Shown here piece by piece: positions 54,586 through 64,000 of a stretch of DNA of 64,000 nucleotides. Origin of the DNA: an uncultured Rivularia sp. (GTDB taxonomy: Bacteria > Cyanobacteriota > Cyanobacteriia > Cyanobacteriales > Nostocaceae); contig OY762007.1 in the NCBI GenBank assembly GCA_963665115.1, forward strand, positions 7,520,001 through 7,584,000, given 5' to 3'. Below the pieces are notes generated by a model. That model made no database searches, had not been told where the DNA came from, and saw nothing but the letters and a program-made list of their open reading frames with translations. Both the position numbers and the translations under genes were made by a program. The number at the start of each line of letters is the position of its first letter. Position 1 is the stretch's first letter.

Positions 54586-55368
54586 ATGCTAATTAAAGAA
54601 TACATTGCTCATCAGTTAATTGGCACCTCTTTAGAAAAAACAGCATCTAAATTGCGTGATTTTACGAAAACTTTAGAACGTAGGAAACATCCCGAACTGC
54701 ATGAGATATATGTTGAATCGGAACGATCCGAATTGGCTATGACTCGAATTATCAATAGTTCAATGAACTGTATTGATATTGGAGCGCATTTGGGTTCGGT
54801 ACTTAATCTCATCAATGAACTCTCACCAAATGGAAAACATACTGCGATTGAGCCTATTCCCTACAAATACGAATGGTTGAAGCGTAAGTTTCCTAATGCA
54901 GAAATATTTCAAGTTGCTCTAAGTGACACTAATGGTGAAGTAGACTTCTATTTACAGTCTCAGCATTCGGGTTTTAGTGGATTAAAGCTTCATGGCTCTA
55001 ACAGTGCCGATGGAGAAGTTGAAGTTCTGAAAGTGAATTGTGTCAGACTTGATGATATTGTTCCATCAGATTTACCTATAGGATTTATCAAAATTGATGT
55101 AGAAGGTGGTGAATTAGCTGCACTCAAAGGTGGTGAGACTATATTGAATCGCTATCATCCAACTATTCTTTTTGAATGCGCTCAATCTGGTTTAAAAGCT
55201 CATAACGTTTCTCAATCGGAGATTTACGACTTCTTCCATGCTCATGGTTATTCTTTGTTTTTAATCAAAGACTGGCTTGCACAAAATGAACCACTTAATT
55301 ACGAACGATTTATAAAATCAATGGAATATCCATTTCAAGCTTTTAATTTTCTTGCAGTTCACCAATAG
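54586..55368 (+). CDS. FkbM-family methyltransferase
   Basis: CIDIGAHLG, AIEP, VALSD, RLDD and FIKIDVEGGE motifs. Confidence 0.92.
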   Translation: MLIKEYIAHQLIGTSLEKTASKLRDFTKTLERRKHPELHEIYVESERSELAMTRIINSSMNCIDIGAHLGSVLNLINELSPNGKHTAIEPIPYKYEWLKRKFPNAEIFQVALSDTNGEVDFYLQSQHSGFSGLKLHGSNSADGEVEVLKVNCVRLDDIVPSDLPIGFIKIDVEGGELAALKGGETILNRYHPTILFECAQSGLKAHNVSQSEIYDFFHAHGYSLFLIKDWLAQNEPLNYERFIKSMEYPFQAFNFLAVHQ

Positions 55369-55508
55369 AAGTTTAAGGAAACTATTGAATAAGGTAGGAT
55401 TTGGGTTATAACACAAAACTAGTATTTTTGGCTTCTTGATGCTCCCGTTGGTAGGTTATAGAGACGTAGCACTGCTACGTCTCTACATTGGGATTGGGTA
55501 ATGATTAG

Positions 55509-57624
55509 TTAGCCAGCTTGTACGGTATAGGGGCTTGTTAATTTATCCAGTTGCTGTACTAACAAACTGAGGAATAATCCTACATCTGTGACTACACCAA
55601 CTGATTCTACTGAGCCTCGATCGCTCAATTTTGTTACTACTGCTGGATTTATATCGACGCAGACCATTTTTACTCCCGCAGGTGTCATATTACCTACGCC
55701 TATGGAATGCAGCATGGTTGACAGCATCAATATCATGTCTGCTCCTTTAAGTAGTTCCGCGTATTCTTCCTGTGCTTTTACTAAATCCATTTGAGTATCG
55801 GGTAAAGGACCGTCATCTCGAATCGAACCGGCAAGAGCGAAGGGTACATGATTTTTAACGCATTCGTACATCACACCTTTTTGAATCATTCCTGCCTGTA
55901 CGGCTTTGGCAATGCTTCCGTGACGACGAACGCTATTAATGGCTTTGAGGTGATGCCGATGTCCTCCGCGTACTGAAACACCTCGCTTCATGTCTACACC
56001 CAAAGATGTTCCCATGATTGATTGCTCGATGTCATGAACTGCGATCGCGTTTCCACCAAGCAATCCCTGTACGTAACCTTCTCTTACTAACTGTGATAAA
56101 TGTTCGCCGCCACCAGTATGTATTACAACCGGACCTGCCGTGACAATAACTTTACCACCAGTATCGCGGATTTTACGTAATTCCCAAGCAACTTGTTCGA
56201 CAATTAATTCTACGCGACGTTCGCTAGAAACACCAGCAGACATGAAGCTGAATTCTTCGGTATTGCGTTTTTCTCGCGATTCGGTTTTACGAATGGTGCG
56301 GATACCTTGTACATCAACAACTACCTTTTCCCCTGCTTCTAAATCGCGCAGTATTTTACACCGAGCGATAGTTCCTTCGGAAGTTTCGGTAATTGCGATC
56401 GCGCCATCCATACGCTGGGCATCTACTTTTACCCACCTGCCATTAATCCGAACTTCGGTAGGATAAATAGTACTAACGTAGAAGTCATCTGGTGCGACTC
56501 CATTTTGAATTACGGGTTCGAGTTTAGCATCTCGCTCGTCTTCTGGTAAGTTCATCGCACCCAAGTCAATTAGATGGGATACAATGCTTTCCATAACTTC
56601 GTGAGAAGGTGCAGAAACTTTCACTTCAGCAGCAGAAGTACTTTGACGCTGTTCCCCCAAAAGGAAATTTTGGACTTTGAAACTTCCGCCATTATCTATA
56701 ATTAAATCCAAAGCGCGGTTAATTAAACCAGCATCGAGTAAATGTCCTTCCATGCGGACAACTTTACTTTCTACCCAAGAATTGGCGTGTACATCTTCTA
56801 GTACGGGTTTCGGTAACGCGCAATGTTAAACATTTTGCCGCACCACCCGCTTTCAGAAATTCGGTTAGTGGGGTTTCAATCACCTCAAAACCAACTTTCG
56901 CTAAACGTTTTTTTAGTGAATCGGAAGCTTTATTCATTACCACAATGCTTTCCACATTCACCGTATTGCAAGCGAAATTCACCGCATCTGCTTCTTCTAT
57001 CGCAATGCGCTTTTCCTCAGCGACGCGCATTTCAATTAAGCGGTTGGAATAGGAGTCAAAAGCGGCGGGGTAATAAAGTAAATAGCCGTTAGCCAAAGGA
57101 CAAAAGCAGGTATCGAGATGATAAAAACGTTCGTCAGTTAGTCGTAAAGATAATACCTCAATATCCAACCATTTTGCCAGAAAAGGATGAGAATCTAACT
57201 CCGAACGAAAACCGTAACCAGCCCATAACCAGCGCCCTTCTCGATCTAAAAGTGCATCACCCGCACCTTCAAAAGGTAAATCTTTGGGCAATTCATGAAC
57301 AGTAAAGCCATTTTCTTCAAACCATGCCTTGAAATAAGGCTCCTCTTTTTGACGCTCTTTATGTAAAAAGCGGCTTAAAACCACATTATTACCCAAAACC
57401 AAACCAGCATTAGCGGTAAAAACCATATCGGGAACACCTTTATGGGGTTGTACCAAATCAACAATCGCGTGTTGCTTAAGCACGTGATAAAGTTTTTGCC
57501 ACTGTTGCACCGCACGCTCTTGAGATGACTTGTGAATATTCCCTTCCATCCAAGGATTAATCACATAATCTACATCATAATGTTCCGGGGCACACATCAA
57601 AAAGCGGATTTCAGAAGTTTTCAT
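55509..57624 (-). CDS. argZ: Arginine dihydrolase / ornithine cyclodeaminase fusion (ArgZ/AgrE), split by a +1 frameshift at about 56808-56810
   Basis: Amidinotransferase domain (INPWM, DMVFTAN, FEGAGD, YHLDTC, GGAAKCLTL) plus TIGR00300-like domain; removing one A gives LRVTEPVLEDVHANSWVESKVVRMEGHLLD. Confidence 0.88.
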
Positions 57625-57711
57625 TTCTTAAGTACCTTCAAGGAGTATAGATGCAACGTTCCTTGTTTATTCTATTACCTCGAAGGGAGGGGTGATGGGG
57701 AGAGGGGGGTT

Positions 57712-57766
57712 AGTAGTGCGAGCATCTTGCTCGCTTGTATCGAGCGAGCAAGATGCTCGCACTACT
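57712..57766. repeat. Perfect 24-bp inverted repeat (GTAG-type)
   Basis: AGTAGTGCGAGCATCTTGCTCGCT-7nt-AGCGAGCAAGATGCTCGCACTACT; degenerate relative at 33810-33867. Confidence 0.88.
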
Positions 57767-57794
57767 TAAACTTAATGCTCCCAACGATCAATCC

Positions 57795-57885
57795 CCAATT
57801 ACCAATTACCAATTACCAATTACCAATTACCAATTCCCAATTACCAATTACCAATGCCCAATCCCCAATTCCCAATCCCAATTCA
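57795..57885. repeat. STRR heptamer tract (CCAATTA)n / (CCCAATC)n
   Basis: About 12 units read directly. Confidence 0.9.
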
Positions 57886-57997
57886 ATTCGATGTGATTCT
57901 AAGTTTAAAAGAGTATTAGTTAAAAATGGATTTAAGAAAGTGGTTGATAGCATATTATTATTCAATATAATTATTACTCAATTGTAATATTTGAAAG

Positions 57998-58513
57998 GTG
58001 ACACAAAATTCTAATCAAAATTTTGACGGTGGTCTAAAAAGGGTACTTAATCGATTAACAGAAACAATGGAACGGGACAGTTTAATTACGGAAACTACAT
58101 CTCGTTTGCGGAATACATTTGATGTCGATCGCGTTGTTTTATATCACTTTTATTCTCGGTGGGATGGGCAAGTCACTTTTGAGTCTTTGAGTTCCGATAA
58201 ATGGTCTATTCTTGGTTCTACTGGCCCCGATAACTGTTTTAATGATGGATATGCCGAATTGTATTTACAAGGAAGAATACGGGCAATTCCAGATATAGAG
58301 TCAGAACCTATTGCTGATTGTCACCGCAATTTTTTACGTAATTTGCAGGTTCGCGCTAATTTAGTTGCACCTATTTTAAATGCTAAGGGTTTATGGGGTT
58401 TATTAATAGCTCATCATTGTCAAAAGCCCCGTTTATGGACTCCATCAGATATTAGAATGATGCAAACTGAAACTGAAAATTTAGCTCTGTCAAATTCTAT
58501 TCGTAATTCTTAG
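57998..58513 (+). CDS. Stand-alone GAF protein, DXCF-type cyanobacteriochrome
   Basis: DRVVLY, DNCF (DXCF), DCH (first Cys), VRANLVAPI and LWGLLIAHHC motifs. Confidence 0.82.
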   Translation: MTQNSNQNFDGGLKRVLNRLTETMERDSLITETTSRLRNTFDVDRVVLYHFYSRWDGQVTFESLSSDKWSILGSTGPDNCFNDGYAELYLQGRIRAIPDIESEPIADCHRNFLRNLQVRANLVAPILNAKGLWGLLIAHHCQKPRLWTPSDIRMMQTETENLALSNSIRNS

Positions 58514-58917
58514 ATATTTGGTAATTGGGCATTGGGCATTGAGAATTGGGCATTGGGAGCGATAAATAATAATCGATTTGATTTTTGATTATAAATGCCG
58601 CGATTCTCTACATCTATAAATAAATCTATTTTATTTTTGTACGATTAATAAGTCGCTGGGTTTTTGGTAAAGGCGGATTTCGATCGGTTAAATGAACCTC
58701 GCGGATGAAAATCTTATAAGTTGTGTAATTAGCAGGTTATATTACAATTCTTTGTTGAAGACAGATATTTTTGTATAGTTTAGTTGAAAAAATTAAAATT
58801 ATACTAATTACTGAGAATAAAGAGATACGGCACTACAAATAAATTACATACAAAATGTTAAGTTGGGAAATTGTAGCTTGGTTACTTTTACCCAATTTTT
58901 TTAGGGAATATTGCTCA

Positions 58918-59829
58918 ATGCCTTACCTAAAATCGAAAAACGAAATTCGTTCTCTTGTTGCTAAGTATACTACTGCAAAAACTCTTTGGTTAGATACAGA
59001 AGTTGCTGATTATGATACTCGTAATCCTCGACTATCGCTGATTCAAGTTTTGGATGATGGTACGGATTTAACAGGAGAAAGTGTCTATATTTTGGATGTA
59101 CTCGAACAACCTGAAATTGTTACTGAGTTTATAGACGAAATTATGATCAATTCTTCGGTAGAAAAAGTGTTTCATAATTCTAAGTACGATTTAAGATTTT
59201 TAGGTAAAAAGAAAGCCCAAAATGTCACCTGTACTTTGGAAATGGCTAAACAAATACCTTACTATATTTTACCTTTACCTAATTATCAGTTGAAGACTTT
59301 AGCTATGGAACTTTGTCATTTTCAAAATATTGATAAGCAGCAACAAAGCAGCGATTGGGGAATTCGCCCTTTAAGTGAAGAACAAATCGAATATGCTTAC
59401 CTTGACTGTATTATTCTGGCTCAAGTTCATTTACGTTTGTTAGAAATAGCACAAAAGGCAGGCTTTAATGCGGCAACAGAAGATTTAAGTTTGCTTGGTG
59501 CAAAATATGTTGAATTAGAACAACAGTGGAAGTTATTGAAATCCGAGTTTGAGCATTTGCAAGAACGGATAAAACTAGCAATGCAGGCTCAAGATTTATC
59601 TGAAACTCCGCATTTTAAACTTAACAGCTACGAACGCACAACAACTAAAGTGCCATTTTCCGAGCTGGTACGTTTGATAGAAACTAAAAATGTAGATTTA
59701 GATTTTGATATCACCTTGACTAAGGATATTCAAAAGAACTTAGGTGACAACCTACAGCAACTTGCTGTAGATGTATCTAAAACTAGCAGTTTACGATTGA
59801 TTTCTAAACAAGGAGAAGGTGAAGAATAA
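58918..59829 (+). CDS. DEDDy 3'-5' exonuclease (RNase D-like) with C-terminal coiled-coil extension
   Basis: LDTE, FHNSKYD, SDWGIRPLSEEQIEYAYLD motifs; ATG at 58918 preferred. Confidence 0.85.
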   Translation: MPYLKSKNEIRSLVAKYTTAKTLWLDTEVADYDTRNPRLSLIQVLDDGTDLTGESVYILDVLEQPEIVTEFIDEIMINSSVEKVFHNSKYDLRFLGKKKAQNVTCTLEMAKQIPYYILPLPNYQLKTLAMELCHFQNIDKQQQSSDWGIRPLSEEQIEYAYLDCIILAQVHLRLLEIAQKAGFNAATEDLSLLGAKYVELEQQWKLLKSEFEHLQERIKLAMQAQDLSETPHFKLNSYERTTTKVPFSELVRLIETKNVDLDFDITLTKDIQKNLGDNLQQLAVDVSKTSSLRLISKQGEGEE

Positions 59830-59978
59830 AAGGTAAAATGTAAACAAATTTGGCACAATAACCGTGTAAATATAGTCAATATAGGGAAAAGGGAGTAACA
59901 ACCTATAAAAAGTTAAGAAAAATGAATTTATTGGTGGAGGAATGTCAAAATTGTGGGTGTATTGATAAAAAGTAAATT

Positions 59979-60818
59979 ATGAAACAGTGGTTGTTTGAGC
60001 AAAATTTGACAGGAGTTTCTAAAAGATTTGGTGTAGCCTTGTTGAGTGGATTTATCGCAACTGTAACTGTTTCTTGCAGCAACGATAAAGATGTATTGGT
60101 AACGGAAATAGGAGTTAGCCCTGTAGCAAGCCCAGCAGCTAATCCAACGACTGCAAAGGATTTTTTCGCTCAGGGACAGTATAAGCATATTCAAGGTGAT
60201 ACCCAAGGTGCGATCGCCTCATATACAAAAGCTATAAGTCTGGATCAACAATACGTTCAGGCTTACAACGGACGTGGATTGGTACAGTTTGACACCGGAG
60301 ACAGACAAGGTGCGATCGCCGATTATAATCAAGCGTTACGCATTAGTCCCAACAATGCCCAAGCTTATAATAACCGTGGTAATGCTCGTGCAGCGCAAGG
60401 CGATTTAAGCGGTGCTATCAAAGACTACGACCAAGCGATTGAGTTGAATTCCAATTATGCTGAGGCGTATAATAATCGGGGAAATGCCCGCGCCGCAGAC
60501 GGAGATAGAAACGAAGCTATAGCGGATTACACCGAAGCAATTCGCATCAATTCTAACTACGCCGTTGCTTATAATAATCGGGGAAATGCTCGCGCCGCCC
60601 AAGGAGACAAAGAGGGTGCGCTTTCTGATTACAACGAAGCAATTCGCCTCAATCCTAATTTTGGTGCTGCTTATAATAATCGAGGAAATGCTCGCGTAGA
60701 ATTAGGAGATAAAGATGCTGGTTTAGCAGACTTACAGCGAGCAGCAGAGATTTTTCAAGAACAAAATAACCAGCAGCTATACAAGCAGGTTATGGAAAAT
60801 GTTAAGGAAATTCAATGA
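59979..60818 (+). CDS. TPR-repeat lipoprotein
   Basis: Lipobox-like VTVSC; about six 34-aa repeats containing AYNNRGNARA. Confidence 0.9.
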   Translation: MKQWLFEQNLTGVSKRFGVALLSGFIATVTVSCSNDKDVLVTEIGVSPVASPAANPTTAKDFFAQGQYKHIQGDTQGAIASYTKAISLDQQYVQAYNGRGLVQFDTGDRQGAIADYNQALRISPNNAQAYNNRGNARAAQGDLSGAIKDYDQAIELNSNYAEAYNNRGNARAADGDRNEAIADYTEAIRINSNYAVAYNNRGNARAAQGDKEGALSDYNEAIRLNPNFGAAYNNRGNARVELGDKDAGLADLQRAAEIFQEQNNQQLYKQVMENVKEIQ

Positions 60819-60947
60819 GCAGTTATTGGAGAAAAGATTAGTAATTGTTTATTGATACAAAGTATAGAAAAAACTTGATAATTGATTACTCTGGGATATA
60901 TAACAAGTCTGTAATTGCAAAACCCCACCGTTTTCAGCAGCTATACC

Positions 60948-61139
60948 ATGATTCAAGCAACCGTTCATCTAGTTGTTGGCATTGAAAATCTAACATTATT
61001 AGTTTATTACACTGAAGCAACGGAATGGCAATTTAGAATTATCAGTTCTGGTGGGGAAGTTTTCGGTGAAAGGAAACTTTACTATACTCCCGAAGCTGCG
61101 GAAAAAGCTGCGCGGGAGTGGCTTTCTTGGGGAGATTAA
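60948..61139 (+). CDS. Small hypothetical protein
   Basis: MIQATVHLVVG...WQFRIIS..GEVFGERKLYYTPEAAEKAAREW; protein-like composition. Confidence 0.65.
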   Translation: MIQATVHLVVGIENLTLLVYYTEATEWQFRIISSGGEVFGERKLYYTPEAAEKAAREWLSWGD

Positions 61140-61212
61140 ATTGGTAATTGTTAATTGGTAATTGGTAATTGGTAATTGGTAATTGGTAATTGGTAATTGG
61201 TAATTGGTAATT
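61139..61212. repeat. STRR heptamer tract (AATTGGT)n
   Basis: About 10 units read directly. Confidence 0.9.
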
Positions 61213-61395
61213 GGCTTCAAATTATTTAATCCTAACTGGCTATTCTTCAAATATTTTTATTAATAGATTTTAGGGTGTGTTATGGGATTATAGATAATTA
61301 TGATTATTGCATAAAATATATATTTCGTGCTTAATGCACCGTTATTATATTAAATTTAGTGGTGCATTGCACGTTAGCGAAATATTTATAATAAT

Positions 61396-63240
61396 TTATT
61401 CACATCGCCAAACTTTAATAGTAGTATCCTCGCTACCGCTATATAAAGTTTGTCCATCGGGGCTAAAAACAAGAGAATTAACTTTAGCTGAATGCCCGGT
61501 TAAAGTGCATATTCCTTGTTTTGCATTTATATCCCATAACTTGATATCGTTATCATCACTACTGCTAGCAAAAATGTCTTGCTTTGGGTTAAAAGTAACG
61601 CATCTCAAACCTGATGAGTGCCCATTGAAAGTACAAATTTCTTGTCCGGTATTTACTTTCCAAAACTTGATAGTAGAATCTTCGCTAGCAGTGGCAATAA
61701 TTTGTCCGTCGGGGCTAAAAGCAACGGATCTAACCGCAGCGAATATACCAGTATGATAAAGGATATTGAGTATTTTACCTGTATTTAAATCCCAAAGTAT
61801 AGCTCTTGTATCAGTGCTACTGCTAACAATCAATTTTCCATTGGGGCTAATAGCAACGCTACACACCCGGCTATCATGACCTCGAAGAGTCTTAATTATC
61901 TTTTCTGAATTTACATCCCATACTTTTACCGTTTTGTCACCACCAGCACTAACAAGAATTTGACCGTCAGGGCTAAAAGTGACGCAACTAACTCCAGCAA
62001 ACAAACCTGTATGTCCTTTTAGTATGCGGTTTTTTTTATTGGAATTAACTTGGGACAGTTTAATAATGTTGTTATCATCACTTCTGGCAACAACGTTAGC
62101 TATCACGGGATTGAAAGCAACAGAACTAACAATTATTCCATGATTTTGAAGAGTCAAAACTAATTTATTGGTATTTATGTCCCACAATTTTATTGTGCAG
62201 TCATTGCTTCCACTCGTCAGATACATTCCATCGGGACTAACAGCAATAGAATTAACAGAGTCAGAATGAGCGGTAAAACTATTTATACATTGCCAAACAG
62301 CAGACTTTGAAGCTTTTCTAATATTTGTATAACTGACAAGTTTGTTCTCGTAATTTAACGTCTTTTGTGAATTAATATCTTCTAATACCTCACTCACGGA
62401 TTGATAGCGGCGACTAATTGCATTTTCAATCAGTTTATCTAAAATATTACTTAACTTATCGCTAATTGGATTCTCCACTAAATACTGCTGCCATACCCAA
62501 GTATTTTCATAAATATCAAATAAATCAAAAGGAGAAACCCCAGTTAATAAATAAATACAGGTGGTTCCTAAACTATATAAATCGCTGCTGTAATTTGCTT
62601 TTCCTCTTGATTGCTCTGGCGCAACAAATTCGGGGGTTCCGATGCTAGTTCCCGTTTGTAATATTGCGGTTCCGGTGACAACTTTAGCAGCGCCAAAATC
62701 TACTAAATTTAATTGACCATTTTTACTACGAATTATATTTTGCGGTTTAATATCTCTGTGAATAACGTCATTTTTATGAATAAACTCAAGTACGGGTAAT
62801 AAACTATTTAATAATTCCCAAATTTGAGGTTCTTTAAAAGTGTTTTGCTCTTTCAATATCTCTGCTAAATCGTATCCATCAACATATTCTTGTACTAAAA
62901 ATTGGTTTTCGTCTTGAGTCAGATATTCTAATAAGTTGGGTATTTGATTGTGTTTGCCTAAATCATTCAGTCTTAAAGCTTCTTGTTCAAATAATTCAGT
63001 AGCTTTTTGGGTGTTATCAGTACCTTGCGCCATTAGAAGAAACTGTTTGATAACGCAAGGTGGTTTCAGAGGTTTGCTTTCATCTACCGCTAATAACGTT
63101 CTACCAAAACCGCCTTGTCCGATTGGTTTTATCGCACGATAGCGTTGTTTTAATAGTAATTTGGTACCGCAAGTTAAGCAAACTTGAGCATTCTTTTGAT
63201 TTTGGGGTTTTTGGCAGTGGGGGTTTAGACAATAACTCAT
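61396..63240 (-). CDS. Ser/Thr protein kinase with zinc-ribbon N-terminus and WD40 repeats
   Basis: MSYCLNPHC..CLTCG; GQGGFG, HRDIKPQN, DFG, APE; about 7 WD40 repeats. Confidence 0.94.
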   Translation of the reverse strand: MSYCLNPHCQKPQNQKNAQVCLTCGTKLLLKQRYRAIKPIGQGGFGRTLLAVDESKPLKPPCVIKQFLLMAQGTDNTQKATELFEQEALRLNDLGKHNQIPNLLEYLTQDENQFLVQEYVDGYDLAEILKEQNTFKEPQIWELLNSLLPVLEFIHKNDVIHRDIKPQNIIRSKNGQLNLVDFGAAKVVTGTAILQTGTSIGTPEFVAPEQSRGKANYSSDLYSLGTTCIYLLTGVSPFDLFDIYENTWVWQQYLVENPISDKLSNILDKLIENAISRRYQSVSEVLEDINSQKTLNYENKLVSYTNIRKASKSAVWQCINSFTAHSDSVNSIAVSPDGMYLTSGSNDCTIKLWDINTNKLVLTLQNHGIIVSSVAFNPVIANVVARSDDNNIIKLSQVNSNKKNRILKGHTGLFAGVSCVTFSPDGQILVSAGGDKTVKVWDVNSEKIIKTLRGHDSRVCSVAISPNGKLIVSSSTDTRAILWDLNTGKILNILYHTGIFAAVRSVAFSPDGQIIATASEDSTIKFWKVNTGQEICTFNGHSSGLRCVTFNPKQDIFASSSDDNDIKLWDINAKQGICTLTGHSAKVNSLVFSPDGQTLYSGSEDTTIKVWRCE

Positions 63241-63269
63241 ACTGAGAAACATTTAGGATATATATACTA

Positions 63270-63278
63270 AGTATTCCC
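63270..63278 (-). promoter_or_regulatory. SigJ-type J-box GGGAATACT
   Basis: Exact match 30 nt upstream of the kinase-WD40 ATG, correct strand. Confidence 0.55.
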
Positions 63279-63316
63279 AAGATTATTCAATTTATTACGA
63301 AAATATTCACACTAAT

Positions 63317-64000
63317 TCATTCGCATCGCCAAACTTTAATAGTCTTATCGTCGCTACCACTATATAAAGTTTGTCCATCTGGACTAAAAACAAGAGAATT
63401 AACTTTAGCTGAATGTCCGGTTAAAGTGCATATCTCTTGTTGTGTATTTATATTCCATAGCTTGATAGTTCGTACACTACTACTAGCAATAATCTCTCCA
63501 TTAACACTAAAAGTAACGCACCGAACGCCGCCGTTATGATGTTCAAGGAAATAAATTTCTTCTCCGGTACTTGCTTTCCAAAACTTGATAGTATCGTCGT
63601 CGTTACCAGTAGCAATAATGTTTCCATCCGGGCTAAAAGCAACTGAATTAACCCCGGAAAACATACCATGATGATGTAATTTATGGAGTATTTGTCCTGT
63701 ACTTAAGTTCCAAATTATAACTGTTCTGTCAGCACTACCGCTAGCAATAATTTGTCCATTTGGACTGATAGAAACACTGCTAACCGATTGTTTATGACCT
63801 TTGAGAGTACGAATTTCTTGTCCCGTACTTACATTCCACAATCTTACTGTTTCATCGCTACCAGCACTGGCAAGATACTTACTGTCGGGACTAAAACTCA
63901 AACAATTAACCCCAGCTAAAAAACTTGTATATTCTTTAAGAAGACCGATTTTACTACGTGAATTTACATCCCAAAGTTGGATATTGTTTGCCGAATCACC
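63317..64000 (-). CDS. WD40-repeat protein, 3' part (paralog of neighbour; runs off window end)
   Basis: Frame open to 64000 ([14 protein letters not shown]...); C-terminus nearly identical to that of 61396-63240. Confidence 0.9.
   Translation of the reverse strand, partial: GDSANNIQLWDVNSRSKIGLLKEYTSFLAGVNCLSFSPDSKYLASAGSDETVRLWNVSTGQEIRTLKGHKQSVSSVSISPNGQIIASGSADRTVIIWNLSTGQILHKLHHHGMFSGVNSVAFSPDGNIIATGNDDDTIKFWKASTGEEIYFLEHHNGGVRCVTFSVNGEIIASSSVRTIKLWNINTQQEICTLTGHSAKVNSLVFSPDGQTLYSGSDDKTIKVWRCE

Noticed and set aside
55509..57624. argZ as two naturally separate genes
   Set aside because: A single-base removal restores the known fused linker, in the same error context as three other genes
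57532..57987. 151-aa ORF with QLPITNY repeats (also 60999-61250, 2730-2951, 44403-44651)
   Set aside because: Translations of STRR heptamer DNA and antisense overlaps, not real proteins
61396..63430. Near-identical 3' ends of two kinase/WD40 genes as a DGR template/variable repeat pair
   Set aside because: Differences are not adenine-specific and are often synonymous, both copies are coding, and no reverse transcriptase is in the window

Overview
AT-rich chromosomal window from a filamentous cyanobacterium, probably heterocyst-forming Nostocales. This is inferred from the frequent HIP1 octamer GCGATCGC, heptamer STRR repeats, GTAG-type palindromes and gene content. Housekeeping and signalling genes include pyrE, thiC with its TPP riboswitch, a pseudouridine synthase, a PAS histidine kinase, a PP2C plus FHA-Ser/Thr kinase pair, NTRC, a ROK kinase, pyrG, an amidase, argZ/agrE, an RNase D-like nuclease, and TPR and kinase-WD40 genes. 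A non-autonomous tnpB-only IS200/IS605 element has both ends readable, and an orphan copy of its right end lies 10 kb away. A minus-strand pilin-modification cassette runs SAM methyltransferase, type IV pilin, O-GlcNAc-transferase-like GT41, a decayed second GT41 and a GT4, with SigJ/SigF-type promoter boxes. A Wzx/Wzy exopolysaccharide locus of about 23 kb is unusually rich in acyl- and methyl-transferases, and there is a stand-alone DXCF cyanobacteriochrome GAF protein. Six genes are each split by a single +1 homopolymer extension, most likely sequencing errors. The best candidates for under-described biology are the pilin glycosylation/methylation cassette, the decorated EPS locus, the TnpB element with its orphan end, and the GAF-only photoreceptor. 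No CRISPR array, rRNA or tRNA was seen. All calls come from reading motifs by eye; no database search was run.
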